A stretch of 64,000 bases of DNA from a virus, in IMG/VR virus record IMGVR_UViG_3300024261_001362, positions 1 to 64,000 of that record; one strand, written 5' to 3'. Below are positions 41,366 through 51,326 of the stretch, piece after piece; position 1 is the stretch's first letter, and every line of letters starts with the position of its first letter. A model generated the notes under the pieces. That model worked only from the letters and a program-made list of their open reading frames with translations. It ran no database searches and was not told the origin of the DNA. A program made the translations under genes and the position numbers.

Positions 41366-42280
41366 CTACAGTATTCCTTCTATAAATTTTAGTACATTGT
41401 TTGGTTTAACAAAGTCTGGCATTTCTCCATTTGTGAATAGCGGTTGATTAAACATTTCTTGATACAATTCTTCATCTTTATCTATTTTGATTATATCCTC
41501 TATCAAATCTTCCATATCTTCATAATCGTTTAAATTAAGAAAACACTTTGTATTGAAATCATAATCACATTTTTCATCAGACCAGTAGATTGGTATAGTT
41601 CCAGCAGTTTTAGCATGGAGCAATTTTTCCGTATAATATCCCTTGGTTGGAGATAAAGAGTTTTCAACACAAATAGAGAATTTATATTTAGATAGCGTCT
41701 CATATTTTTTACTTTCACCATAATTCCAATTCCCGAAAGATTTCCCGTATCCATGAACCTGTTTGTATTTACTTAGTGTGTTCATCATTTCCAGCCTCAT
41801 TGGGATAGGGTTACTGAAAACAAAGGCACAAAATTCAGTTTTCGGAGTGTTTATATATGTATTATCTGATACTTGATTTATAGGTATCAAATACTCTGGA
41901 TTTCCATATGTTTTACTATCAAACCAGTCTATATACATACCCCACAGTGGGAACCTGTAATTTCTTTCGTCCTCTGAGAAATCAAAAGAGATAGCAAAAT
42001 CTGATTTTACGACTGCATTCCCTCTTTGTATAACGTAGTCTGGTCCGTCAAAGTTTGGCCTACAATTTTCTCCAGTATAAAAAATCTTTTTGCACTTGTG
42101 GTGTTTATAATTTAATGCAGACAGATCACCCCCATATCCGACTGTAAAGAACAGAAGATCGGGATCAGCTTGATCTATTTGAACTTCATACTTTGTCCTA
42201 AGCAAATTTGTAAAATAGTTATTTTCTCTATCAAATCCATCTCCCCAAAAATCTACAAATCCTATTTTTATTTTTTCCAT
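41366..42280 (-). CDS. GT10 alpha-1,3-fucosyltransferase-like protein
   Basis: KIFYTGENCRPNF, YKFSICVENS..GYYTEKL..A..AGTIPIYW (alpha-1,3-FucT motif). Confidence 0.88.
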   Translation of the reverse strand: MEKIKIGFVDFWGDGFDRENNYFTNLLRTKYEVQIDQADPDLLFFTVGYGGDLSALNYKHHKCKKIFYTGENCRPNFDGPDYVIQRGNAVVKSDFAISFDFSEDERNYRFPLWGMYIDWFDSKTYGNPEYLIPINQVSDNTYINTPKTEFCAFVFSNPIPMRLEMMNTLSKYKQVHGYGKSFGNWNYGESKKYETLSKYKFSICVENSLSPTKGYYTEKLLHAKTAGTIPIYWSDEKCDYDFNTKCFLNLNDYEDMEDLIEDIIKIDKDEELYQEMFNQPLFTNGEMPDFVKPNNVLKFIEGIL

Positions 42281-42284
42281 GCTA

Positions 42285-42935
42285 TTATGCTCCCACTGGA
42301 AACTCTAACCCAGTATATAACTTAAATTGATACGATGCTTGTAAATTAGCTAGCTGCTTACCAGTTTCTGTAGACACTAAACAGTCAATAAATTGCACAG
42401 AGTTATGTAGTTTATTTTTGATACCTTCCACTGGGGTACAATTAAAAACAACACAGTCCGTAAGTTGCTGTATTTCACCCCAGTTTTTTCTAGTAATATT
42501 AATATAAGTTATACCAAGTGTTTCTGCCGCTGCCTTAACCGCTAGTGCGTATCCTCCATTCCCTAGTATGTAAAAATTACTATTAGTAAAACATTTTAGA
42601 TAATCTATTGCAGCCAAGAAGTCTGTATTGTATGCTTTTAACTTATTGTTTTTGTTTATTACAGTGTTTGCTGCCCCTATCTTTGCTGAATCGTCAATTT
42701 CGTCCACATACTTTAGTACTTGTTGTTTGAATGGCATTGTTACCGCAAAACCCTTTATTCCAAGCGTCTTTACAGATTTTATAGCATCCTCTATGTTGTC
42801 TACAGAAAATGATTTATACACCTTATTCAATCCATAATAATAAAACGCAGTGTTAATCATTTGACAACCAGTGTTGCCAGAAGTCTGTGCAAACGAACAA
42901 TATAAATCAGTGTCTTTATTTATCCACGAGTTCAT
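42285..42935 (-). CDS. Shikimate dehydrogenase-like protein, SdhL subclass (short, 216 aa)
   Basis: INKDT.L..S start, VTMPFK, GAANTV, AYNTD, GNGGYA, NCTP, LQA..QFKLYTG. Confidence 0.8.
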   Translation of the reverse strand: MNSWINKDTDLYCSFAQTSGNTGCQMINTAFYYYGLNKVYKSFSVDNIEDAIKSVKTLGIKGFAVTMPFKQQVLKYVDEIDDSAKIGAANTVINKNNKLKAYNTDFLAAIDYLKCFTNSNFYILGNGGYALAVKAAAETLGITYINITRKNWGEIQQLTDCVVFNCTPVEGIKNKLHNSVQFIDCLVSTETGKQLANLQASYQFKLYTGLEFPVGA

Positions 42936-43872
42936 GTAAGATCCTCAATTTGTTTTTTATCACCCTGTTAATTTTATCATCTATGTTGGGTTTAATGAGT
43001 AGAAATTTATCATCAGAAAATACATAGTGTCCACATATCTTTATTAGTTCTTTTTTGTTATTTTCAGGGATAAAGTGTTTATTAACCCATTTTTTCCATC
43101 TACCTGAACGATAACAAATTTGATAATATTCTTCTATGTCGTTACCCATTTCATCTAAATAACACAGTGTTTCGAGTTGACCAAATTCAGGAGCTATATT
43201 TATAGCATCCAGACCTAAATCAAACCTAGCTTTATATTCACTATTCAATAAGTAGTCCCCATTATGTTCTTTACTTTTCTTCCCGAAGCTTTTACAAGTG
43301 GTGATCATTTGCTCCATGATGGTGGGACTGAAAGTTCCAGTATTAATCCTCTGTCCTAAGTTTAATCCAACTCCAGACTGTATAGATACATACTCTATAG
43401 CTTCAAATATTTCTGGTGATAGTCTTGATTCTAAATCTGACAAAAATGTATGCAGCGATGCCGGGTCAAATTCCTTTATGGCCGCTTCTGTGCCGACCTC
43501 GAACTTAATATTTCTATTGGTATAATAACAAAACTCTAAGTTGCTTATGCACGCCTTTAGTCCCTCGCGGTATTTGGGGTACTTTTTCCAAGGATCTATG
43601 TGAATTATCTCTACATTTTTGCAGTCTGTTTTTAAGGACTCGTATCCGTCATCATCTATATAACCCTGACCTGCTCCTGCATGGTCTCTTTCAATAATAA
43701 TTTGTCCATTCACATATTTGGTGAATGTTTTAGTGGTCCAATTATTAACATATCCACCATCGTAATCAATTTGTCTCCTAGAAGGAATAAAGCCAAAAAT
43801 ATTACCAATATCTATAACAGCATCAACTATATTACGAGACATTGGGCCTATAAAATATTTAATATTATTCAT
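42916..43872 (-). CDS. GatZ/KbaZ-like TIM-barrel (tagatose-6-P epimerase/aldolase-subunit family)
   Basis: SRRQIDYDGGY, ERDHAG, IHIDP, FEVGTE, KEHNGDY, INIAPEF. Confidence 0.65.
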   Translation of the reverse strand: MNNIKYFIGPMSRNIVDAVIDIGNIFGFIPSRRQIDYDGGYVNNWTTKTFTKYVNGQIIIERDHAGAGQGYIDDDGYESLKTDCKNVEIIHIDPWKKYPKYREGLKACISNLEFCYYTNRNIKFEVGTEAAIKEFDPASLHTFLSDLESRLSPEIFEAIEYVSIQSGVGLNLGQRINTGTFSPTIMEQMITTCKSFGKKSKEHNGDYLLNSEYKARFDLGLDAINIAPEFGQLETLCYLDEMGNDIEEYYQICYRSGRWKKWVNKHFIPENNKKELIKICGHYVFSDDKFLLIKPNIDDKINRVIKNKLRILHELVDK

Positions 43873-45772
43873 AATGCTTTTGTAACATTTGGGTTGACTT
43901 TAAAAACAATAAGTCTCCAAATTCCTTTTCGTGTAAAGGTGCCATATTTAAAAAAATGAGAGAAGTGATGGTTTTTATTTTTTCTAAGTCATATTTATTA
44001 TTTACAATCCATTGTTCATAAATTAGTTTAAATTCATCCAATTTAGGCTCATGTTTGTAATCATAAGTTGCCATCTCTTTGTCAATGTAGCAAGAAAAAT
44101 TATTATTATCCTTCATTAACTTATAAGACATTAAGATACCACCATATAGTTTTGCTAAGTCATAATATACATCCCCGATAGATTGTTCTGCAAAATCTTG
44201 CCTCCAGTCTAATAAGCAGAATATACCGTGATCTTGATCAGTACAAATTACATTGTCAAATTGCAAATCTCCATGAAACATTTCTGTAGCCAGTCCGTCA
44301 CTAATTAGATCCCAATCAAAATCATCCAATAATTTCACCACGCTTTTATTTTTTACACCGTTAATAATGTGGTCACCTGAATATGACCCTTCCCTATTGG
44401 ACAAGAACAATTGTAGTCTATTTAGTGTTTTGTCTTTATAGAATTTCAGACATTCCTCTTTAATCTCCTTATCAAATCGTTGCCACATATTGGTTTCTAT
44501 GAAAGTAAGAAACTTTTTCCAAATATCGACATCGTTACAATCATATAGGGTGCTACCTTCCAGCCACTCGTATGCATACAAGTGATTACCGCTATAAATT
44601 ATTTCTGGAACCAGCTTACCAAGTTTCTTGGCTCTGTCAACCCGACCGCTGATGAATTTACCGTCTGAAGACAGTTTAATAAAATTATCGTTAACCTTGT
44701 ACAGAAATTCCCCATTGGTTTTAGGGATACTGTACTGTACAGTGTCATCGAATATCTTTTGGGCATGTAGGTAACTTTCTATAGTCCCAATATCATACCA
44801 GTCAAACTTATATCCTTTAAATGTTGGATATTTATCACTGTTATAATAAGCACTTACAATTTCTGAACCGCTCAGTTGCTCCCAGAAGATTTTATAATCA
44901 TTAACCCCAGCTAATCCAATGAATGCGTAATCATACCCATCTTTGGATTTATTTACAAATGCAACTATGTCATCGTCTTCGATATTCGCAGTAGAGTATC
45001 GTTCTGACATACTGGTAGGATATAGTCCAAGCCAATTGGAGTCTATAGAAGTAGGTAGATCGTCTGTAATAATTACATCCGCCGTTGCCCAAATAAACGG
45101 TCTTTGTAGGTATTGTTCAGCTTGCTTGATTGAATAACCAGGACCAGTTCCTTCGCCTTCATATTTATCAACTGTAACAAAAGTAAAATTTTTATCTGGA
45201 TGGGCTGCATGACAATACTCTCTAACCATTTCACCCTTGTATCCCAGCACCATAATAATATCGTACTCTTCTGGAACCTTATTAATGAGATGAGAGATAA
45301 TCGCCTGATTGTCGAGCGGTAGCAGTCCCTTGTTTATATGTCGCGACAGATTTGCTAGCCTACTACCTACTCCCGCAGCCAGTATGCACAGTGCTGGTTT
45401 CATATGCTCGTGCTCTATTCTGCCATCCTGACGATTAGTATCATCTGAAATTCTTATTACATCGTCTACTTCAGGAGTAGAAACTTCCTGTAAAATAATA
45501 TCAGTTATCGCTATTACCCTATGTTTTCTTGGTGGAAGGACAGTAAAAAAGTCCCCCGCCTTCATAGTTTTCTTTTCTACGACTCCTTGATCATTTTCTA
45601 GCCAAACTTCAGCCACGCCCTCAATTATATAATTTGTTTCCAGCTTTTCATGATGATATTGATAGCTTGTTTTTTGCCCAGCGTTAATATAGATTCGTTT
45701 ATAACAATATTTATCGTTCAATTCAAGCCAAGTTTCTTTTCCCCAAGGTTTATATATTGTTTTATAACTCAA
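43865..45772 (-). CDS. Trifunctional cupin + nucleotidyltransferase + APH/choline-kinase-like protein
   Basis: KPWG..SYQYHHEKLET..H..EVSTPEVDDVIR (PMI type II-like cupin); ILAAGVGSRL..NKGLLP..WYDIG (NTase); FHGDLQFDN..LDWR..GDVYYDLAK (kinase). Confidence 0.8.
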   Translation of the reverse strand: MSYKTIYKPWGKETWLELNDKYCYKRIYINAGQKTSYQYHHEKLETNYIIEGVAEVWLENDQGVVEKKTMKAGDFFTVLPPRKHRVIAITDIILQEVSTPEVDDVIRISDDTNRQDGRIEHEHMKPALCILAAGVGSRLANLSRHINKGLLPLDNQAIISHLINKVPEEYDIIMVLGYKGEMVREYCHAAHPDKNFTFVTVDKYEGEGTGPGYSIKQAEQYLQRPFIWATADVIITDDLPTSIDSNWLGLYPTSMSERYSTANIEDDDIVAFVNKSKDGYDYAFIGLAGVNDYKIFWEQLSGSEIVSAYYNSDKYPTFKGYKFDWYDIGTIESYLHAQKIFDDTVQYSIPKTNGEFLYKVNDNFIKLSSDGKFISGRVDRAKKLGKLVPEIIYSGNHLYAYEWLEGSTLYDCNDVDIWKKFLTFIETNMWQRFDKEIKEECLKFYKDKTLNRLQLFLSNREGSYSGDHIINGVKNKSVVKLLDDFDWDLISDGLATEMFHGDLQFDNVICTDQDHGIFCLLDWRQDFAEQSIGDVYYDLAKLYGGILMSYKLMKDNNNFSCYIDKEMATYDYKHEPKLDEFKLIYEQWIVNNKYDLEKIKTITSLIFLNMAPLHEKEFGDLLFLKSTQMLQKHYE

Positions 45773-46118
45773 TTTCTGCGATCCCTTCGTTTCTGTGAAT
45801 ATTTATTGAATATGCAGTATCTATACCACTATCAGGCTTTCTGTCGTTTATCAATATTCTATTCCCACCACCAATTCCCATAATCAACTGATCATAAAAT
45901 ATATTATTTTCTTGTAACTGCATTTCTGTCTGTTGCCTACAAGATTCTCTCCTCCCAGTTATAAGAATTATGTTATAACCCTTTTTATCCCATTTATGTA
46001 ATTTTTCTCGTACACCTTCTAATACCACTGGCTTTTCACTCATTTGTGCATGAAGATCTCCGTGGTGGTACAAAAGGGTTCCATCTATATCACATATAAT
46101 TGTTTTTGGTTTATTCAT
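45762..46118 (-). CDS. Small cap-less HAD phosphatase
   Basis: IICDIDGTL, LITGR, LINDRKP. Confidence 0.85.
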   Translation of the reverse strand: MNKPKTIICDIDGTLLYHHGDLHAQMSEKPVVLEGVREKLHKWDKKGYNIILITGRRESCRQQTEMQLQENNIFYDQLIMGIGGGNRILINDRKPDSGIDTAYSINIHRNEGIAEIEL

Positions 46119-46119
46119 T

Positions 46120-46824
46120 TTACCCCCTTCTATGAAGGTCTATAATACAAGAAAATCCTTCTTCTCTCACATGATTGCCGCACTGTGAAGGGTCTGGAAG
46201 GGTTTTAATATTGTGTTTTACTGCTAAATTTGTGAGAATACTTTGGTCGTGTCTATGGTCTTCAAATTCAGGGTAATTCGGGAGACCGCAAATATTGGGT
46301 AGGTCAGTTATAATATTTTCATTTTGAGCATATTTCAAAGCTTCTGTGTAGAATTCTATAGAAAAATCTGTTTTTTTTACAAATTGAAATCCTGCTGTTA
46401 GTTGGGTGGCATTAATATATTTTTCGCTATCGACATCCATATATACGAAACAATCTCTTTTGGTAAACTTTTTATTTATATGTCCATCTCTAAATAAAAT
46501 TATGCCTTTTTCGTTTTGCTTACATGCTTCTATATATGGTTTAACATGATTAATAAATGATGCTCCTGAATCACAATAAAATAGAACATCTTCTGTGGTC
46601 ATACGTTGTAGTGTTTTGTGAATTATATATGGTTTCCACATCCAATATCCTGCACCTCTTCTTTGGTTTAAGATATTTGCGAATTTAACTCTGTAATCCT
46701 CATCTATATCTTCAACACTATATTCAATTACCCTATCAAATCCACCAACTTTCAATCCAGTGGACGTATTGTCCTTTCTAGAGTTGTAATATCTTAAGTG
46801 TGCGTAATTTATTAGTATATTCAT
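46120..46824 (-). CDS. Putative GT-A glycosyltransferase
   Basis: RGAGYWMWKP, LFYCDSG, HRHDQSIL. Confidence 0.65.
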   Translation of the reverse strand: MNILINYAHLRYYNSRKDNTSTGLKVGGFDRVIEYSVEDIDEDYRVKFANILNQRRGAGYWMWKPYIIHKTLQRMTTEDVLFYCDSGASFINHVKPYIEACKQNEKGIILFRDGHINKKFTKRDCFVYMDVDSEKYINATQLTAGFQFVKKTDFSIEFYTEALKYAQNENIITDLPNICGLPNYPEFEDHRHDQSILTNLAVKHNIKTLPDPSQCGNHVREEGFSCIIDLHRRG

Positions 46825-47672
46825 TTTATTCTCTTAATAATATTTTTACAGGTTCCATTTAAAGTAAAATAATCTTTATATAGTTTCATTCCATTATTTA
46901 GCATACACTGATACTGTTCATCGTCTATAGTTGATAATACATCATAGATTTCTGGAATCATATCTTCATGTATCAGTACGGCAAATTCATTCCAATCTAA
47001 TTCATCCGACCAAGGAAGAAAGAATTTATCGGTAATAATAACAGGAACAGATCCTAATTGGAAGCATTCATAAAGTCTAAATGAGTTTAAACCATAACCC
47101 CTTGGACATAGGACGAACTTACTTCTTGTAGAAATATTTACAAATGTGCTTTGGTCCTGATTGCTAACTTCAGGATTCCAATCTTTTAAATGGAAGCTAC
47201 AGTTTGGACTATCCTTCATTGATTCATATACTTTAGACCTAATGGGATGCGTAACAGACCCCACAAAAGAGCATAACAAATCTTTATTCTCTACTGAGAC
47301 TTTATTTGGACACATAAGTAGAGGATTATACATAGTAGAACAAACTAATGGTATTGGCACTCCTCCTTTATTTCCGCCTGCACTAAAATGAATTGTATCT
47401 GGTGGTAGGTTTTCCAAAATACCATCGTCAAATTGGGATACAACAAAGTATTTATCATTTGGATTCAAACTATCTAAAGCTTCCTGTAATCCATTTGTTT
47501 TTTTGTCTATGTAACAAGTAGTCCAACTTACTGGGATGAATTTTCTTGTCGTTTCAATATTGTTACTATAAAACCAATCACAAAAATAGTCTTCAAGGTA
47601 TAATCCTTGGTGGTATGGTGGATATGTAGGATATAATGGTTTGGGTCTAAACTGGTCGAATTTTTCCAGCAT
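46821..47672 (-). CDS. Exostosin-family (GT47) glycosyltransferase
   Basis: SFVGS, SKFVLCPRGYG..SFRLYECFQLGSVPVIITD..LPW..LDW. Confidence 0.85.
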   Translation of the reverse strand: MLEKFDQFRPKPLYPTYPPYHQGLYLEDYFCDWFYSNNIETTRKFIPVSWTTCYIDKKTNGLQEALDSLNPNDKYFVVSQFDDGILENLPPDTIHFSAGGNKGGVPIPLVCSTMYNPLLMCPNKVSVENKDLLCSFVGSVTHPIRSKVYESMKDSPNCSFHLKDWNPEVSNQDQSTFVNISTRSKFVLCPRGYGLNSFRLYECFQLGSVPVIITDKFFLPWSDELDWNEFAVLIHEDMIPEIYDVLSTIDDEQYQCMLNNGMKLYKDYFTLNGTCKNIIKRIK

Positions 47673-48276
47673 TGAATTTTTCCCTTACTAAATCTAAAAT
47701 TTTAATTTTGTTATCAATTCCAGCAACCCAATTTGCGTGATGTACTAGTATGTCATCAGGGATATCAAAGTCTTCTCCATTCCAAGGTCGAGGTACTATA
47801 TGACCAAATGTAAAAAATCTTTTTGATAGAAATTTGTGCTTGCATATGTGTATTTGATCGTTTAACGATGTTTGATCTTCACGGTTATAAAACTCCTTCA
47901 TGTTTTGAAACATCTTTAATGTCGTGTCATTACACTTACAGATGAAGAATCCTGAGCTAAATGTAGTTATATCATCCTGACAGGCTATATCACAATCTCC
48001 TAATTCTTCAATCATTTCATTCTTAAAATTACCAAAGAACTGAATGTCTACATCGGAAAATATAAACATATCTCCGAAATTTTCTTTACATATTTCTTCA
48101 AAAAACTCAACTTTTCTAAAACATGTCTTATCCCACCCTGCTTGGTAGAAACTTCCAGTAGGACATTCTTGTGGTATTTCCTTTACATGTAGTTTAAATT
48201 CATCTGGAATACTTGTGAGAAAGTAATTTTCATACATATCTCTATGGGATGGAGTAAAGATACTATATAAATTCAT
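47647..48276 (-). CDS. Nucleotide-diphospho-sugar transferase (GT77-like)
   Basis: IFSDVDIQF, SSGFF, EDQTSLN, HHANWVAGIDNK. Confidence 0.75.
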   Translation of the reverse strand: MNLYSIFTPSHRDMYENYFLTSIPDEFKLHVKEIPQECPTGSFYQAGWDKTCFRKVEFFEEICKENFGDMFIFSDVDIQFFGNFKNEMIEELGDCDIACQDDITTFSSGFFICKCNDTTLKMFQNMKEFYNREDQTSLNDQIHICKHKFLSKRFFTFGHIVPRPWNGEDFDIPDDILVHHANWVAGIDNKIKILDLVREKFNAGKIRPV

Positions 48277-48278
48277 AT

Positions 48279-48920
48279 TTAACCCTTATTCTTTAGGTAT
48301 AATGCATCGCCCCATGTGCCACCATCTGCCTGCCAATACTCAACTATACGTTGGAATCCAAAATCTGATAAGAAATTATCAATATCTTCAATCCTTGGAC
48401 AGTCTTTGTATAATTCTTCTCTGTTTACTTCTGACAATACCAGATCTATATGTTCTAATGTCTTGGTAGCCCCTCTAAGGACTTCTAACTCATACCCTTG
48501 AACATCCACATTAATAAAATTGTAATCGTTCCTGTCGAACTCCTCATCATCTAATCGTGTGATTTCAACTTCGGTCTTATTATTAAATTCGATTTGTGGA
48601 TATTGTTCTAAATGATAAGCTGGTTCAAGTATTGATGAAGACAATCCTCTATCTTCTAAATACATCTCTACCGTACCAGTAGTATTACCTAAAGCAATAT
48701 TTCTTAATTTTACTTCTGGTCCCACCTTCTCTTTTAAACCAGCAAAATTATCTGGTAGTGGTTCGTAAAATAACAAATTGTCAATACCAAATTGCTTATA
48801 CAGAGGATATTCTTGACCCTCATGTGCTCCAATATGAATACATCCATTAATTTCTAATGAAATTCCATGACGACGATACAATTCATTAGCTATATTTTGT
48901 AACGAACCTAGTATTTCCAT
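48279..48920 (-). CDS. FkbM-family methyltransferase
   Basis: IHIGAHEGQE, YEP, SSSIL, RLDD, NVDVQGYELEVLRGA, WGDALY. Confidence 0.88.
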   Translation of the reverse strand: MEILGSLQNIANELYRRHGISLEINGCIHIGAHEGQEYPLYKQFGIDNLLFYEPLPDNFAGLKEKVGPEVKLRNIALGNTTGTVEMYLEDRGLSSSILEPAYHLEQYPQIEFNNKTEVEITRLDDEEFDRNDYNFINVDVQGYELEVLRGATKTLEHIDLVLSEVNREELYKDCPRIEDIDNFLSDFGFQRIVEYWQADGGTWGDALYLKNKG

Positions 48921-48928
48921 TTTATTCC

Positions 48929-49717
48929 TTAATCTGTAGTTATTCTGTGTTTTGGAAATCCAAGTTTCTTTCTTTCCTCAAATACTTGACCATCTCTACC
49001 CGAAAAATAAAGTGTTTTTTGTGCAGAGGCGTCATAATCGCCAGAATTAGAATTTCCATCTTGAGCATAGTGCTCATGTTTAATAATCATTTGGTCGATA
49101 TATGTTACTTTGTTGAGCCTTTTAACTTCTTGTGTAAACTCATCGTCACAATATAGACTCTTATAATCAGGATGGTAGATATAACCAAAATGATCGTATA
49201 GCTTTCTCCCCAAAATTGAAAAAGTAATCAACCCACCCTTATCAGCATATCCATCGTCGAATGAGACACAACCATCCAGACTTGGGTAATGTTCCATCAT
49301 AGCTGTTGCAATGTAATCATCCCAGTTGTCAACCTGTGGGATCATATCATCTGAAATAACAATTACGATATCCCAATTCGTTGATCCCTCTATGAGAACA
49401 TTCCCTTTAATTGCGTAAGGGTTTTCCCAATTGATATTGGCATTTACAGCACCAATTTTAGTTGTATTTTTTTCAAAGTATACGGCTCCAGAACAAAAGT
49501 TATCGTGCCATTTATCTTGATTGTTCCTAGTCTGATTATGAAATGCCTCCTGCATCATATCCTTCATGTCAGGGTTATTCATAGTTTCGTCAGCGACATC
49601 GCAATTGATATTGAAAAATATACTATGCCGACCACTGGTGTTATTGAGATACTTCTTTAAGCAAGACAAAAACTTTTCAGGTCTTGCTAATGTTGGAAAT
49701 TGAGCCAATATTTTCAT
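48929..49717 (-). CDS. GT2-like glycosyltransferase
   Basis: FPTLARP, DIVIVISDDM, YKSLYCDDE, IKHEH. Confidence 0.75.
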   Translation of the reverse strand: MKILAQFPTLARPEKFLSCLKKYLNNTSGRHSIFFNINCDVADETMNNPDMKDMMQEAFHNQTRNNQDKWHDNFCSGAVYFEKNTTKIGAVNANINWENPYAIKGNVLIEGSTNWDIVIVISDDMIPQVDNWDDYIATAMMEHYPSLDGCVSFDDGYADKGGLITFSILGRKLYDHFGYIYHPDYKSLYCDDEFTQEVKRLNKVTYIDQMIIKHEHYAQDGNSNSGDYDASAQKTLYFSGRDGQVFEERKKLGFPKHRITTD

Positions 49718-50583
49718 AGCTGTTCCTCCAAGGTCTTCACCTTATTGGCTTCGTCTGTACATTCAATAGCCTTTAATAGTCTAATAGTTCTATTAAAACA
49801 TGTGTGCTTACGTTTGATTTGTCCTTTTATAGCCTCGGAAATGTTATCAGCTTCTTGCTCGTGAAACAATGTTGCTAAAATTTTATTTAGAGTTTCTTTT
49901 TGATTGTCTGGAACCTGTAGTATAGTGGAAGGACACCTAAAAGTAGATTCGAAAAATAATTGAGAAAACACAACATGTAAATCGTCAACCAGTAAAGCTT
50001 TCCTATACCTATCAACTATACTGATAAAACTCGCAATGTCAATATTAAAATCAAAATCTTTTTCATCAGTTCCAATTCCTATTGTGTGATATGATTCTTC
50101 CTTGTCTGTAAAACTTTTGATTGTATCTGCGTTACCACTTGTAACAATACAGGTTGATAAATTAAATGGTGTAACTTCTTGTTTAGGAACAAAAATATCC
50201 AATCCCGGTAGTATGTTAATCAATTTAGTCTGTGATTTATTTAATGGACTCATTAACTCGTGAGTGTTTGTAAACAATAGTTTTGATTTAATTTTTCTTG
50301 ATGCAAATTCTTGTTCAATCTGATTAATCATTTGATTATCTGCACCCGTGATATTCAAAACCACCTCAATATTGCTGCCACTTAAATATTTCATAATGTC
50401 TTGTGTAATGAACCGAAAGTGAGTCAGGAAAACATCTGGGCTGGTAGCATCGAAAATATCAAATGTACTAATATTCTTATCGGCCCAAAACACTGCATCA
50501 CATTTAGACTCAACCATACACCTATGAAGATACAATGCTTCAGTAGAAAGCGGTGTTGAATAATTTTGTAGTAGCATTTTCAT
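49714..50583 (-). CDS. Degenerate GT-B (CgeB/Glyco_trans_1_2-like) protein
   Basis: PDVFL N-lobe and C-terminal KHTCFNR matching the HTYxxR-type ending. Confidence 0.4.
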   Translation of the reverse strand: MKMLLQNYSTPLSTEALYLHRCMVESKCDAVFWADKNISTFDIFDATSPDVFLTHFRFITQDIMKYLSGSNIEVVLNITGADNQMINQIEQEFASRKIKSKLLFTNTHELMSPLNKSQTKLINILPGLDIFVPKQEVTPFNLSTCIVTSGNADTIKSFTDKEESYHTIGIGTDEKDFDFNIDIASFISIVDRYRKALLVDDLHVVFSQLFFESTFRCPSTILQVPDNQKETLNKILATLFHEQEADNISEAIKGQIKRKHTCFNRTIRLLKAIECTDEANKVKTLEEQL

Positions 50584-51326
50584 AATTTTGTGGTCTTTCT
50601 TAAAACCTTGATGTTATCAATTTTTCTTATCGGCCTATCTATAACATTTTCTTGAATGTACAGATCTTGTTTTTTACATAATTCATTTATTGCCTCAAAC
50701 ATAAATTTGTTTTTATATTCTGTCGTAGAAACAATTTTATAAAAATGATTGACTGCATTAGTATTATTTAAATATAGGATTTCAGTCCAGTATTTATCCT
50801 TTATGCCTAGCGATAGCCTTTGCAGTTTAGATCTTTCTTCTATAATTCCTATTTCAAAATTAGAATCATCTATTTGATTTTGCGTCACTATCGAAGAATT
50901 TTCAAAATTTAACATGTCTAAATGTAATGGAGAAAATAAAACTCCTCCACCAAAAAAAATAATCTTATTATTCATTATTGTATTTAAACACAACCTGATA
51001 CTCTCGCAGCAGTTTGAATTGTAATACATTTGGTTTTCTACAACTTTAATGTTGATGTTGGAAAATTTCGTTTTTAAAAAACTCACAATCTTAATGGATT
51101 CAAAACCAACACAAACAATAATCTCAAAATTTTGGAAAGTCGCCTGAATACTTTGTATCTGTTTTTCTATAACAGTCTTACCATCCTCTAACTTCAACAT
51201 AGAGATTGGTCCATAGCTTTTCATTCTATATCCATGATTCTCACCAAGCAAGACTACGGTTATAAATTCTTTTTTCTTGGAGACCTTTCCCTTTTTCGGA
51301 CTAGTAATGAAATTCTTATTTCTCAT
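50580..51326 (-). CDS. Nucleotidyltransferase-fold protein (LicC-like), catalytic motifs degenerate
   Basis: VVLLGENHGYRMKSYGP, EIIVCVGF, VVEN..Y..N..ES, KIDN. Confidence 0.6.
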   Translation of the reverse strand: MRNKNFITSPKKGKVSKKKEFITVVLLGENHGYRMKSYGPISMLKLEDGKTVIEKQIQSIQATFQNFEIIVCVGFESIKIVSFLKTKFSNINIKVVENQMYYNSNCCESIRLCLNTIMNNKIIFFGGGVLFSPLHLDMLNFENSSIVTQNQIDDSNFEIGIIEERSKLQRLSLGIKDKYWTEILYLNNTNAVNHFYKIVSTTEYKNKFMFEAINELCKKQDLYIQENVIDRPIRKIDNIKVLRKTTKL

